Of a stretch of 64,000 nt of DNA, positions 14,730 through 31,012 are shown piece after piece. Each line of letters opens with the position of its first letter. The first letter of the stretch is position 1. Below the pieces are notes generated by a model. It made no database searches. It saw only the letters and a program-made list of their open reading frames with translations, and was not told the DNA's origin. The translations under genes and the position numbers were made by a program. The DNA is from the human T2T-CHM13v2.0 reference genome, Homo sapiens. The stretch is taken from assembly GCF_009914755.1 (NCBI RefSeq), contig NC_060933.1, one strand, 5' to 3'.

Positions 14730-15029
14730 AGAATTATTTTAATTTATTAAATTAGGTAGCTCTTCTACTAATTTGCCTAGCTATTGGCCTGTTTAAGTTG
14801 TTCTCAAATAGATTATATAACTTTTAAGAACATACCAATGCCTAGGGCCCACTTTGAGAAATTTCGATTTAACTGATTTGAGATCAAGCCTGGACATTAG
14901 CATTTTTGTTCTTGCTGCTGTTGTCTTTGTTATTGATGAGCTGCTCATTTGGAAAAAAAAGTGACTTTATGTACTTTATTCAGTCATCTATATCCAAAAT
15001 GTATCTGAGTTACCCAATGCATATATTTT

Positions 15030-15920
15030 AATTGAGGCAAAATTTATACACAATGAAATCTAAAGATTAATATAATTAAATGAATTTTGATAAATATATA
15101 GACCCATATGAATATTATCCAAACAAGGTACAAAATATTTCTATCACCACAGAAATCTCTATAATTTCCTCCTCCAAGAAACCCCCTTCCTTCTGAGCAA
15201 TCATAGTTCTGATTTTTCTCACCATAAATTAATTTTTACCTATTCTTGAAATCATATAAGTGGCACTATGCAGTATGTACTCTTTTGTGTCTAGTTTCAT
15301 TTTGATAATTTAGATTCATCTATATTGTTGCATTCTTATTTGTTCTCTTTAATTGCTATCTAGTACTTTATTGTATGAATATATCATTATTTGTATATCC
15401 ATTATCTGCATTGTTTCCAGTTTGCAGCCATTATGAATAAGTTAGTATAAACTTTTTTGCGCATGTTGTTTTATGGGCACACTTACTTGTTTTTCTTGGG
15501 TAAATACCATGGAGTGGAACTGCTAGACTATAGGGCAGATGAAGGTTTAAAAGAAACTGCCAAATACTTTTCCAAAACATCTGTGTCATTTTACACTTTC
15601 AGCAGTAATGTATGAAAGATCCAGTTGCTCCACGTTGTTTTGTTCACTGTCTTGGTGGCTCTTTAATTTTCACCATTTTAGCTGGTATGAAATGGTATCA
15701 CTGTGGCTTTCATTTGGATTTATCTTTTCATGTGATTATTGGTCATGCATGCATCCTCTATTTTATAATATTCAAGTCTTTTGCCTATTCTTTTAAAATT
15801 AGGGTTTTTATCTTTTTATTATTCATTCAAAACAGTTTTGTATGCTCTGGATAAAAATCCTTTGCATTTCAAACATTTTTTCCCAGTCTGGCCTTTACTT
15901 TTCATTTTCTTAATGTATCA
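15030..15920 (-). mobile_element. Old L1M 3' region
   Basis: ttgaggcaaaatttatacacaatgaaat...ttgggtaaataccatggagtggaactgct...; T-rich L1M 3' UTR. Confidence 0.75.
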
Positions 15921-16362
15921 GCTTTTAGAAAAACTTGCCAGATGCAGTCAGAGAACTATTACTTTCTGCCACATTTCAGGCCCATATTTCTCTTCTTTTC
16001 TCCAGTCCTTCTAGATAAGAATTAACATTGTTTGACAAATTTGTTTCATACATGCTCACTCATTTAATAAGTTGACAATTGTGTTGAATTTGGGTCACTT
16101 TCTATTTGACCCTTTTGTCTCAATTTTGGTACAAGCTAGAGCGGAAACTTGAGTAAAGCATGGCATATTCTGGATGGTATACTAGATTACAGTCCAGTTG
16201 GATGTTAAATGAATCCAAATGTTATCACTTCTTATTTTAATAAATTGCTTTCAATAAAAAATTCCCCAAAATCTAGAGTCAATCTTTTCCCTCAAATGAT
16301 CTCACATTTAACCACTACGCAGTGGATCACACAATAAACACCATTTGGATTCTACTGTAAAT

Positions 16363-16426
16363 TGTCTTCTAGGTATATTATTACACAATCATAATGTCTT
16401 CTAGGTATATTGTTATACTTTATAAC
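16363..16426 (+). repeat. Two-copy 32-bp tandem duplication
   Basis: tgtcttctaggtatatt at 16363 and 16395. Confidence 0.8.
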
Positions 16427-16699
16427 AAATAAATTTGTTTTAAAATACTTCATTTGGCTATTTTTGACAGAAAAATTTCATCAGAAATTTTTTTCTGACT
16501 TTATGATAACTGAAAATTGCAGAATACATAATTTTTTTACATATTAGCATGATAGCATGTTAAATTAAATGAGGCCATCGGTTTCAAATAATGAAATCAC
16601 ATTAAATTTAATGGAAGCCAACAGTTGTGTCCATACTTATGACAGAATGATTGTGGAAACGTTATTACTTTCATTCAAATATTCAGGACATCCTCAATT

Positions 16700-17290
16700 C
16701 TTCCTTCTCCCTCAAACTCCTGAGGCTACTAGCTACCAGGTTATGCCAATGATCCCTTCAGGATTTCCCTCTAATTTTGTCCCCAGTGTCCTATTCCCTC
16801 TGCCATTTATTTCATTGCTCCCGATCATTTCTCACCGTGGCTCTTGCAAAAACCATCTAACTTGTCATCCACACACCAGGCAGTCCCCTTTACTGTCTGA
16901 AACACTGCCAGAATGATCTTCCTAAAAAAAAAAAAAAAAAAACCAACCAAACAAAAAAAAAAACCCTGCTCAAGTTGCCCCCTTAGTAGGTTCCAAAGGC
17001 TCCCTCATATCACTAAGACTCCAAAATTCCTCAGCATGGCAACCAAGCCCTGTTATAGATTAGCCCTCTAAATTTCTTGGCACCACATTCATCTCCTGCA
17101 TATCATACCACATACCTTTCACTCCAGGCACACCAAGTTGTCACTTTTCCTTCCGTACTTTTACACAAGTTTGTACCGCTTTCCGACATCCACTTGCCTT
17201 CATTACACCTGCAGTAAGCTTAGCTCCTTCCAAATGCAGAACAAAGACCACCTCCTTGCTTAAGAATTCTCCACTTCTTGCTCCTCAGGT
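16700..17290 (+). mobile_element. L2 fragment
   Basis: cactgccagaatgatcttcctaaaa...ggctccctcat...ccaaaattcctcagcatggc. Confidence 0.65.
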
Positions 17291-17379
17291 GTCATAACAA
17301 GAAGATTATGTGTAAAAGCACAATGCAGACTGATTTCTACAAAAAAAAGTGAGACATTAAAGATTTAAAAAATTGATAG

Positions 17380-17630
17380 GATTACAAGGTAATAGTTAAG
17401 AGTTTGGAATCATAGCTGAGTTTTAGATCCAATTTCTTAGACATAGCTGTGTTATTTCAGGAAAGTTACTCATGTTTATTGCCTCAGTTTCCTCATTTGT
17501 GAAGTAAAAGTATTTCCACCATAAAAGATACGTGTGAGGATTTTTTAAAATCACGTATACAGAAGAGTTTAGCACAGTACCTAGAATATAATAAATATTC
17601 TACAAACGATAGCCATTGTCATTCTTATTG
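17380..17630 (+). mobile_element. MIR
   Basis: agttaagagtttggaatca...gcctcagtttcctcatttgtgaa...agcacagtacctag. Confidence 0.75.
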
Positions 17631-17770
17631 CTATTGATCGATTAAATGGTTGCATGTGGAATGAAAGAAAAGTATCTAAAGGTTAGGTATTGTAGAGAGA
17701 GAAAATAACTTTTCTGATTAGCTTTGGGAAAAATAGAAGGGGATAGGTATTAATTCATGAGAATGTGGAT

Positions 17771-18026
17771 TACAAATTAAAATCTCTACTCCATTTTTGC
17801 AAATACGTAGTTTGTAGAACAAGAAATCAACATGTATAAGAAAACCAGAGAACCTAGAAATATCTATTACTATAAAATTGCACAAAATAACCATAAAAGT
17901 GCAGTATTGTTCGTAAAACAGCACCAATCTAAAATTCTGTATGTAGACAAACAAAATTATTTGTAATTATTGTACTAGTTTCATTCTAGGTCATGAGACA
18001 AATGATTTACCTTTTTAAAAAATATT
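17771..18026 (-). repeat. Probable donor copy of the inverted segment at 13877-14130
   Basis: Reverse complement matches 13877-14130 at ~94%; continuous with AT-rich flanks; no TSD or poly(A) seen. Confidence 0.95.
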
Positions 18027-19091
18027 ATGTTTAGAGTGCTACTAACAACCAATGTTGTACCCAAAGAGTCTTCAGTGTTCTGGGGTGAAGAGGATAAAAC
18101 AGAAATTACCCACTGCAATATTTAAATTGCTTGGTCTTGTGGCTTGTATTAAAAAATAATGCAAATTTTTTTCATCAATACATTGGTATGTGTTTGAATA
18201 TAAAAATATTTTTATTTAACGTGTAATAAACATTGCTAATCTACGAAGATGGGCTATGTTCCTCACTTATCCCAGGAACGCTGTTAAAAATCTTTGATTT
18301 GGGATAAATCAACATTTTTAGCTCCAGATAAAAACAATGATAAAATAGTTTATTAAAATTTTCCACTTCTTTCAATGATCTTAAGTTCATACTCATAAAA
18401 ATATTATAAGGTCATCACACAAGATAACTGTTCAATTTGATTTTTTTAATCAGTCAAAATTGCTTTCATGTATTAGATATAAAAATATTCAATATAAAAC
18501 ATAACTTAGTGGTTAGCTTATAGTTTTCAGTTTTGAGTCAGTTTTGGTCTAAGAAATAATAGTAATAACAATAATGAATATTTCCTTATAAGCATAAATG
18601 TAATTTTTAAAAATTTCCTGTGAATAATACTTGATTAATTTCATTTCCCTGCATATGCAAGTTCCACGGAGCCATGAATATGCCCATATTACTCTAGATA
18701 GAAATGAGTCTAATGGCTTTGTCTAAAACAATAGACTAACAATAAACAATTATATGTAATATAGATAAATTAGTCTTTGCTTTACAGAGGAATCTGCTAT
18801 AGCATTTCCAATATGTTCTCCTACTAATGATTCTTAACCTTTTTGAAATTATAAATCCCTTTGCGATCTAATTAAAAGCTCTGAAATTTTCTTTCCAGAA
18901 AATAACACTTATATTTGCACATAAACCACATTTTGAGTATAGTCTTATGAACTCCTGGAGTATGAAGTTTGCTCCATGAATCCCAAGTCAAGAAGCACTT
19001 CCCTAGTGTATTTAGAATTTAGTTTAACTGTCTTTGAAATCCAATTTCCAAATCACTTTTTAGGGGCACAAACAGTATAAAATGGCCAGCT

Positions 19092-19896
19092 CCATCAGAG
19101 AAATGCAAATGAAAACCACAATGAGATACCATCTCACACCAGGTAGAATGGCAATCATTAAAAAATGTCAGGAAACAACAGGTGCTGGAGAGGATGTGAA
19201 GAAATAGGAACACGTTTACACTGTTGGTGGGACTGTAAACTAGTTCAACCATTGTGGAAGTCAGTGTGGCGATTCCTCAGGGATCTAGAACTAGAAATAC
19301 CATTTGACCCAGCCATCCCATTACTGGGTATATACCCAAAGGACTATAAATCATGCTGCTGTAAAGACACATGCACACGTATGTTTATTGCGGCATTATT
19401 CACAATAGCAAAGACTTGGAACCAACCCAAATGTCCAACAATGATAGACTGGATTAAGAAAATGTGGCACATATACACCATGGAATACTATGCAGCCATA
19501 AAAAATGATGAGTTCATGTCCTTTGTAGGGACATGGATGAAATTGGAAATCATCATTCTCAGTAAACTATCGCAAGGACAAAAAAACAAACACCGCATGT
19601 TCTCACTCATAGGTGGGAACTGACCAATGAGAACACATGGACACAGGAAGGGGAACATCACACTCTGGGGACTTTTGTGGGGTGGGGGGAGGGGGGAAGG
19701 ATAGCATTGGGAGATATACCTAATGCTAGATGACGAGTTAGTGGGTGCAGCGCACCAGCATGGCACATGTATACATATGTAACAAACCTGTACATTGTGC
19801 ACATGTACCCTAAAACTTAAAGTATAATAATAAAAAAAAGAATTCATTAAATAAAAAAAAAGAGAAAAAATAAAAAGTAAAAAAATAAAATAAAAT
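19092..19896 (+). mobile_element. 5'-truncated L1PA2-like element
   Basis: ORF2 C-terminus (19165-19623); 3' UTR gcattgggagatatacctaatgctagatgacgagttagtgggtgcagcgcaccagc (GAG, not the L1HS-Ta ACA); TSD aaaatggccagct (19079-19091) / aaaatggccggct (19897-19909). Confidence 0.95.
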
Positions 19897-20294
19897 AAAA
19901 TGGCCGGCTATCTCTAACAAAAATACAGATTCTTTTGGAAGTTAAGAGACCTCTTGGTGCCTAACACAAGCTTTATAATAGGCTTCGTAGATGCTGGAGA
20001 CTCAGTGAAGCCTGTGTATCCGGTTGGCTTCAGCAGGACTGCCTGCTGCTGGGGTTGCCTTGGAAAGTCATCCTCAGCTCACCCCAACTTCTGCCCTTCC
20101 TTTACCTGGGATAACATTTCGCCTAAATAACAACCAAGTGAGAAATATCTTTTGTTTGCACTCTTTTCCTTTTTATTCACACTGCGAAAATCTTTAGCAG
20201 GTATGATTTGATGAATGCTTCTCTCTATGATATTTTTGCTTTCTGAATCTGTAACTTAGTGATAGCCTTGTGTTACATGTCAAAAGCATTATTT

Positions 20295-20720
20295 ATGCAT
20301 TTATTTAACAAATAGTTACTAAGCTCCTACTTTATCCCTAGCACAGTGCTATAATGGGGGGTTCCAGTGAGTAAAATCAGAGTCCCTACCCTCATGGGGC
20401 AGACAGTCTATTGAGAGAGATACACAGTAATCAAAAAGAATATCACAAATAATTACAAGAATCATAGTGCTACAGAGGAGAGGTACATGGAGCTATGAAA
20501 GGATATAATTGCCCTGTCGGACAAGTCAGGAGGTCAAAAAAGGAATTGAATATGCTGAAATTTGAAGAAAGAGTTAACCAGGTGGAATGGAAAGGAGTAG
20601 AAAAGCATTCCTATACAAAAGCCTGTGTCCTGACTAGCTTTTGCCTTACTCTGTGCTCAGATATTTGCGTCTTGCTAGAATAGCCTGTACAAAGGCCCTG
20701 TGCCTAGAGAGCGAACTAAT
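20295..20720 (-). mobile_element. L2
   Basis: atttatttaacaaatagttactaagctcctact...ccctaccctcatggggcagacagtcta. Confidence 0.7.
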
Positions 20721-21649
20721 TACAGGTACAGCTGTAGTTCATATAATTTTTGCTACTATGTACTTTTTCAGTCACAGACTTAGGACCTCAAGGTGCCCCT
20801 TAGACTGGAATTGCTCCTCTCCTTCTGTGTCTAGATGTGGAGGAATATGTTTAGCTGGAAGGAAGAGCAGTGGATCTCAGCATGAGAAGAGCTGCCCACC
20901 AGAAGCTGTGTGCTTCTGGACAAACCACACAATTACTAACTTCTCAGGTCTTGTTTTCATTGGGAGAATCCGTACAGGAACATTTTAGCAAATACCTTTT
21001 TGAGGTAGTTGTAAAGAGACTTACAAAGTATAGTGGATATAGGTGGTGGTGATAATGTCTGTGGTGGAGGTGGTATTTCTCTTTTAAATCAGCTTTTCTA
21101 AAACTGAGTCCTGCTCAATGTTCGGCATAAAATAATTAAATGGCAACCACAGGCTTCTGTTGTTGAGAGGGGCTAGACATGGCGAGGAGGTTTTTAACTT
21201 TAAGGCAAGGTATATGAGTCTGTACAAGAAAGCAGCCATGTGTTGGCTTTCAAATACAACACAAAGCCAGTGTGTGTGTTGAAGGAGAGGAGTGGTCTTT
21301 AAAAGTCTCCTCCTTCACAATATGCACAGGAGGGTACTGGTCTACAGAGAAAAGGCGGCCTCCAAAGACAACATAGTTTACAGCACAGAAAGTTCAGGTA
21401 AGAGCGCTAGGTGGGAATTTGTAAAACATTTCAAAAGGAAGCAAAATTTTTGGAGGTGTCAAGTAAGGAACAATGAAGATGTTATACTTTGTGCAAGTTT
21501 AATATTTTAGCCAAGATTTCAGCAAGAAAAATGTCTGAGCACGGACCAAATAAAGTAAGGAGAAAGCAAGTTAGGACACAAAGAGGATCCTTGCTGGACC
21601 AGCATAGCATCTTTTCCCCAGAGGCAAGGAGTGGCATCATCCTAGCTTC

Positions 21650-21968
<319 letters not shown>

Positions 21969-24349
21969 CTAGCATCATCTTTAGAGGCGAGGAGTGGAGT
22001 GTCACCTCAGCAGCCAGCTTATGCTCTTCTTAGTGTGCAGAACGCATACAAAGAGTAAACATTACCCTGACCTCATCTGAGAATAGATGGAGGTTCAGAT
22101 ATTCTCAGCAAGTCCTTTTTTGCCTTTATGAATTCTCGTGTAAAAGAAATTTTTACAAAGAGATACTTCCACTTGGTAAATCCTTCCTGATTATTATCCA
22201 AGACTTTGGTGTGGAGATTAAACATAATCAGCTAAGGAACCACCCTAACCGAATTCTGCCTTGATTTCTATTTGGTCACCTATGTCTTAACTTATATTAC
22301 TTCTTGTTAAATTTTAATGTTCCCAAACAAACTTCTGAAGTCAATTATCTATTTACAGCCAATGAGAGTGGGAACATTTTGACAGAGCCAGCTACTTCCA
22401 ATATTTATTGATACATTGCTTCCTACCTGGGACCCAGTATTACTTACCTCACTCACAGATGTGGTTAACATGTACATAGCCTACTGGTCTATGTTACACT
22501 GTTTCACGTTCCAGCTGAACAATACTCCCCTTTAAGAAGCATCAGAGAACCCAAATTACTGCATGATACCTGACTCAACTTGTTCCTCTATTGTAGCATA
22601 AGATTAAAGCATTTTTTCATCGACTTCTCCCCTAACCCCCAGTCCTTCTTAATCCTCTATCTGGCTGATTCATAACAGCTGTTAAATAACTAGACATTTA
22701 GGTAAAGGCAAACTGAAGCTATAAATCAATGTGTGTGATTTAATAACCAACTCTTTCTGGCGCAGCTTGCTCATACTGTCTTGGTTTGCTTTTTTTTATG
22801 CTGACTTAAGCTGCAGCATCTGTATGAAGGGGTTTAGCACAATTGTAAATACTAATCTCCAGGCTGCCAATGTCATTACGGAAGTAGATACAAGTAAATG
22901 AAACTCACAGTACATTTCTATAGACACTGTGGGTGATTTTGAAGACATATGTATCTTCCAAGCTGTTACAATCTTCCTGAATGTGAGTATTTCTTAGGAC
23001 TGTCTTCGTTGTAAACTACAGAAACCAGCATCAGCTAGTTTAAGCAGAATAGGGGAATTAGAAGGATACAGAATGTCCTAAATGACTTACAGAATCCAGC
23101 TGCAGGGATGCAGTGGGGCCTCAGGAAGGGGCTGACACCAGAGCCTAGAAAGCCATCGAGATTTTCTCACCATTTTACCTCTCTTCCTCTCAGTCCATCT
23201 GTTCATTCCTCTTGCTGTCTATCAACTGGTTTCTTCCACGTGGCAGGCATTGGCTGGTTGTTCAGCAAATTCCTTTTTTTTCTTCTGGGGATGTAACTAG
23301 ACCACATGGGCCATTAGATGTAACCACGTAGCTCACTTCTGGCTTCCACTTCAAATTCTGACCTATAAGCTCCCATGAAATTCTGTACTTTCTATCTCTC
23401 CTAATCTACCGGCAGAATGATGAAAACTAAAGCCTTGGAGGAGGTTAGGAGCCACAGGATAAAAGGAGCTTGGTCCCTGAATAACTGCATGCCCCCTGCC
23501 CTATCATCAACACCTCCCTCCTCCACCATGGACTTGATGTTACTGAGAAGTAAAGTGCTATCTGTTAAGTTCTACCTATTCCGTTAAGCTATTAAGATTT
23601 GAAGATTTATCTTCTATTGCAGTTAGTATCACTCTAAATCTTCTTTCCTTGTGTGGAAAATACGGAGCCTGTGGCTTCAGAGCTTATGCTTTACAAATAC
23701 AGCCTTCTACCAACAAGAAAAAAAAAAAGCCTTCTCTCAATTGGTCTCAATTCCAAATTTTCAAAAATCAGAGTCGGATTGAACCAGTGGGTCAACTCCT
23801 ACCCTTGATACACTCAACTTTGATAAGGGAGGTTAAGTCGTCATGCACAAAGTGGCCACTAGAGGGTACACTATGTGAACATGAGTTTTAAAACCAAGAC
23901 TGAGCCTTGAGTTCTTGTTTTGGCTCTGCGGCTAACTTGTTGAGTAGTCTTAATGATTGCACTTAACCACTTTAGGCATCAGTCTCCTCATATCAAAATG
24001 AGAAATTTAGATGAAGTCCTTTCCAAAATGTTTTTCTACTTTACTATTATATAATCCATAAGATTTCATACTATGCTCAGAAAACGACCCTTACACAACA
24101 AAATCAGAGTTTCCCAGAATTTTTTTTGCAGTTTAGCACAGCAATGCTCAAAGTATCACAGCACTTTTTGTGATTTCCCAAATAACTTGCTTAGTGTTCT
24201 AAGATCATAGGAATGAATAAGGTTACCATTCTAAAAGTTAATCGTGTGTTCTTTGTGAAGTACACTAATGGCTTCTTCTGCTGAACTTTCTTAAGAATTT
24301 CATAATTTTGGGGATTATATAATCCTAGATTATACTATACATAATTATA

Positions 24350-25055
24350 TACTATGCATTGATTAAGAGCACAGATTCCAGAGCTGGATTGCCTGGGTAG
24401 ATCTTAAGTCTACCTTTTACTAACTGTGGGATAATATTTACTTTAGAGAGTTATTGTGGGGATTTTTTTTAAATCATACATATATGGCTCTAGCACCTAA
24501 GTGTTCAATAAATGTTTGCTTAAAAGAAGAATTTCATTTATTCTATTGTAGTTGTTTAAGTATCTGTCTACACCAATAAACTTTGAGCCCCTAAAAGCCA
24601 GATACCCAGTTTTACTGAATTTCTTGTCATTCAGACTCTAGCCTAGAGTTTAAGCACATATCTACTTAATAAATAACTTTAAATGAGTAAATGAATAAAT
24701 TAATGGTATTCTCATGGAGCATTGAGTTTGCCTTACAAAAATACAAAATAATCTGTATTTTTCTCATTTTAAGTTCCTTCAATTAGTTACTTTTTTTTAC
24801 AGATATTTCTTCGTAGGCCGGAGGAGCATTCCTTTATGAACAGCCTTAAGGTATGGCCATTCTTCTACTGCAAGATTGATAGCATGAGGCTACAGATTAG
24901 CATTACTTGGGGAGCTGAGGAGCTCTTTAAATATTCTGATGCCTGGGTCCCACCCAGATCTAATAAGTTAGAATCTTAGTGGTGGGGGTAGGGCGTATGC
25001 CTCAGGATATTTTTAATGCTCCCCTGGGCAGCAGTCAGGCTTGAGAACCTCTATT
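24350..25055. mobile_element. MIR, L2 3' end and MER5A fragments
   Basis: ttaagagcacagattccagagctgg (MIR); cttaataaataactttaaatgagtaaatgaat (L2); gattagcattacttgggg...tgcctgggtcccaccc...ttgagaacctct (MER5). Confidence 0.6.
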
Positions 25056-25163
25056 CTGGCTTATCTGTTTATTTTGCTGTGATATATTAAGTGTATGTTT
25101 CTTTCATTATTGTAACTTAGATTTTTTTACCCTTTCACTTGCTCATCACAGCCCATTAGGCAT

Positions 25164-25692
25164 TGTATTACTCAGAGTTCTCCAGAGAAGCAGAACCAAC
25201 AGGATGTGTGTGCTTGCGTGTGGGGGGGGGGATATCTATGTGTGTGTGTTCATGTGTGTGTATGCATGTGTGTGTCTGAACCAACAGGATCTGTACCACA
25301 TCCTGTTAGTACACATATCTTCATATATATAAGAAGAAAGACTTACTTTAAGGAATTGGCTCACACAGTTGTGGAGGCTTGGTAAATCCAAAATCTGCAA
25401 GGGTAGACCAACAGGCTGGAGATCCAGGGAAGAGTTGCAGTTTGAGTGCAAAGGCAGGCTGCTGGCAGAGTTCCCTTTTATTCTGAGGAGTTCAGTCTTT
25501 TTCTACTAAGGCCCTAACCTGATTGAATGAGTTTCACCCACATAATGAACGGTAATTTGCTTTACTCAAATTCTACTAATTTAAATGTAAATATCATCTA
25601 AAAAACCATTACAGAAAAATCTAGAATAATGTTTGATAAAATACCTGGGTGCTGTGTGACCTAGCCAACTTGACACATACACACACATCACA
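25164..25692 (-). mobile_element. MLT2 (ERVL) LTR with internal (TG)n tract
   Basis: tgtattactcagagttctccagagaagcagaaccaacagga...aaggaattggctcac...ccaacttgacacata. Confidence 0.85.
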
Positions 25693-27960
25693 AGCACTTG
25701 GGACCTCAATTTTTGCCATTTCCTCTGCTTAAAAATGTTTTCCAGTAGCTCCATGTATGCTTCAACAGGGTTTGCTTTATGATAATCTCCTTCCTGTGGT
25801 GGGGATTATGACTGCTCTCCTAACAGAAGCAGGAGAGGCAAACCTGAAGTGGGAGGGTTAAAAGTCTGACTCAAAAGCGCACTGTCACAATAGCCTGGGG
25901 AAGGTTCTGCATGGCTGCCTTTGTCTGCAAGAGTGGTCTTGTTTCACACTCATCTCCCTGTGAATGTCTCTTAGAAGACTCAGCTACTCCGTCAAATGAA
26001 TATACACATTCATCTGTTCTTATGGGAATTACATCCAGGAAATCTTGATTAAAACCAGATCAAAACTGCCAATGTAACCAAGAGATTCTCCTCTGAATGT
26101 AGACACAATAACTGTCAACACACAATTGTACTTTTCAAAAATGATGATTCCAAAATTTGAATCTAATCAGAGTTCCAAATAAAAAGTTTACATGGTGTTT
26201 TCCTTGCTTGAATGAATGAAAATCTATTTTAGAATCCAAATACTTGTACAAACCTTACCTATGATTCCAAAATTGAAATTATTTTGGAAAAGTATAATTG
26301 TTAAGCAATAGTTTTTAATCTAGATTGAGCAGTCAGAATGTCAGAGGATCTGTAGCCCCAGAATTATTGGAAATGTGCTCAATTCACTTGGCCTCAAGCA
26401 TTTAAAAATAGGCTTTGTATAAGAAGTCTGTAAAACAAATTTCGTGGCCAACATACTTTCATAACAAAAGCTCAAACTAGAATAGTGTTTAGACTGAATT
26501 GAGGTTTTAAAATAGTCAAAAATTTTTGGTTAATCTCTCTTGAATCTGTTAGATAATCTTTATAATTTTCAAATTGAGGTACATGATCTCTGATTAAACT
26601 GAATGCTATATAGATTGATTAATTCTATGAAATTCTGACATCTTTGAATAATAACTTCTGGCTTATGTATTCGTATGTTAAACTATGCATCATTTTTATA
26701 ATTGAGCTAAATTACCAGTAACATATGACTAACAATCCCACTTATTAAAAGGATAATTGCTAGCTTCAAAATTAATACTACTATCCCAATCTAGGGACCA
26801 AGTGCTGCTAATGTTACAGTGGCATAGAATGCCTCCCCTAAACTAAAAGGATCACACTTTCTGCTGACTGACTAAAAATTTACTTTAAAAATTGAGTCAT
26901 AACCCTTTTTAACAAAATAAAACGTTTGTAGGGCATATCTTTAGCTCAAAGTAAACTAAAATTAGGCACAATTTCAAAACTGTCATCAGATTTTTTAGGG
27001 TGGGGAGCAAGTTGGTAGATTAGGAAACTACTGACTCCCCTTAAGAGTATTGGAAACTACCTGGCTGGAAATATAAAACTACTTACATCAGGTTTTCTCA
27101 TACTGCCTTAGAGTTGTAGAAGATTTACATGGTGGAGGAGTATAGCATAAGTTCTCAAGCAATGTGTCAAGATCACTTGCAAGGTACATGACAAATCGTT
27201 AATATGACAAGAGTGAAAAATATTAAGCTATAAGATTTGTAAAACTGTTTCCTCTCTCCCCCTCTGCCCCTACTTCTAAAGAGAAAGGCTTCTTGCTTCC
27301 TGAATCAGTACTTTGAATCCCTGCCCGTTTGTTTTACAGAATGCAGGTAAAGAGGAGACTTAAAAATTACTAGAAGGAAGACAAGCAAAACTGATCTACA
27401 GTCTAAAGAGCTAAGCCAGAAAGCAGAAGGGAGAGGGATAAAAATTTAATTAGAGTGGGCTTGTGAGAGTTGTTGAGGGAAATATGAAAAGAGAGATAGT
27501 TGGAGGCATCTGGGGATATTTTGGAAAAACTAAAATAGAGATGAGGAACAAGGATTTATTTTAATGATATTTCCTGTGCATTATGAATGCAGGGTCTTTT
27601 TAGCATTTCAAGATAAATGAACTAAAGAATAAATTGCTTCCCAATCATTTTGAATCCCAGACTGATGTTTCTCTGAATGTGATTCTTTGCAGAGAAAGAA
27701 CCACTGAGAGGCTAAGCTTTAATTAGGTTAGATCACTAACAATAAAAATTTACATATTTTTAATAAATCAGAGTAACCTTACTTTTATTCAGTTGCACTC
27801 TGCTATGTTTCCATAAGTAGGAAGAAAAAGGTAAAATTAAAGCTCTCTTGCCAGAAATGACACAGCCCATAATGGCAGCTGGTATTCATGTATTGTTATT
27901 AATTGTGGCAGTTTCAATCTATTGGTTACAAAACAAACTATTAGAAGTAAGAGAAGCAAA

Positions 27961-28117
27961 GGGGGGAGGGGGGAGGGATAGCATTGGGAGAGATACCTAA
28001 TGCTAGATGACGAGTTAGTGGGTGCGGCGCACCAGCATGTCACATGTATACATATGTAACTAACCTGCACATTGTGCACATGTACCCTAAAACTTAAAGT
28101 ATAATAATAAAAAAAAA
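27961..28117 (+). mobile_element. Very short L1PA2-like 3' end
   Basis: ggggggaggggggagggatagcattgggagatatacctaatgctagatgacgagttagtggg...aaacttaaagtataataataaaaaa; no TSD visible. Confidence 0.95.
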
Positions 28118-28127
28118 TGTAATCTGC

Positions 28128-30731
<2,604 letters not shown>

Positions 30732-30735
<4 letters not shown>

Positions 30736-31012
30736 TGCCCTCACAATGGTTAGTGAGTTCTCACAAGATCTGTTCATTTAAAAGTGTAAGGCACTGCCCC
30801 CCTTGCTCTCTTGCTTCTGCTTTGGCCCTGTGAAGTGCCTGTTCCCTCTTTGTCTTCTGCCATGGGTAAAAGTTCCCTGGGGCCTCCCCAGAAGCAGATG
30901 CAGTCAATGCCTCCTGTACAGCCTACAGAACCATAAGCCAATTAACCTCTTTTCATATAAATTACCCAGTCTTAGGTATTTCTTTACACCAATGCAAGAA
31001 TGGCCCAGTACA
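30732..31012 (+). mobile_element. MST LTR 3' part in plus orientation, fused head-to-head to the preceding LTR
   Basis: ...aattacccagtcttaggtatttcttta...gaatggcccagtaca; inverted repeat of 30515-30730. Confidence 0.9.

Noticed and set aside
16363-16426. Short direct repeats (also 34539-34615, 44277-44308, 31356-31379) as CRISPR-like or regulatory arrays
   Set aside because: Only two adjacent copies each with no spacers; ordinary slippage duplications in eukaryotic DNA.
17718-17954. Duplicated small ORF (also 13947-14141) as a micropeptide family or a second KHSRP retrocopy
   Set aside because: The similarity is only the DNA duplication. Both ORFs start at a non-ATG codon in AT-rich DNA, and the 17.8-kb copy has no poly(A), TSD or flanking KHSRP sequence.
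19092-19130. Two L1s (19092 and 46477) truncated within ~25 nt of the same consensus position
   Set aside because: Different subfamilies and only two cases; short truncations are the norm, so coincidence is sufficient.
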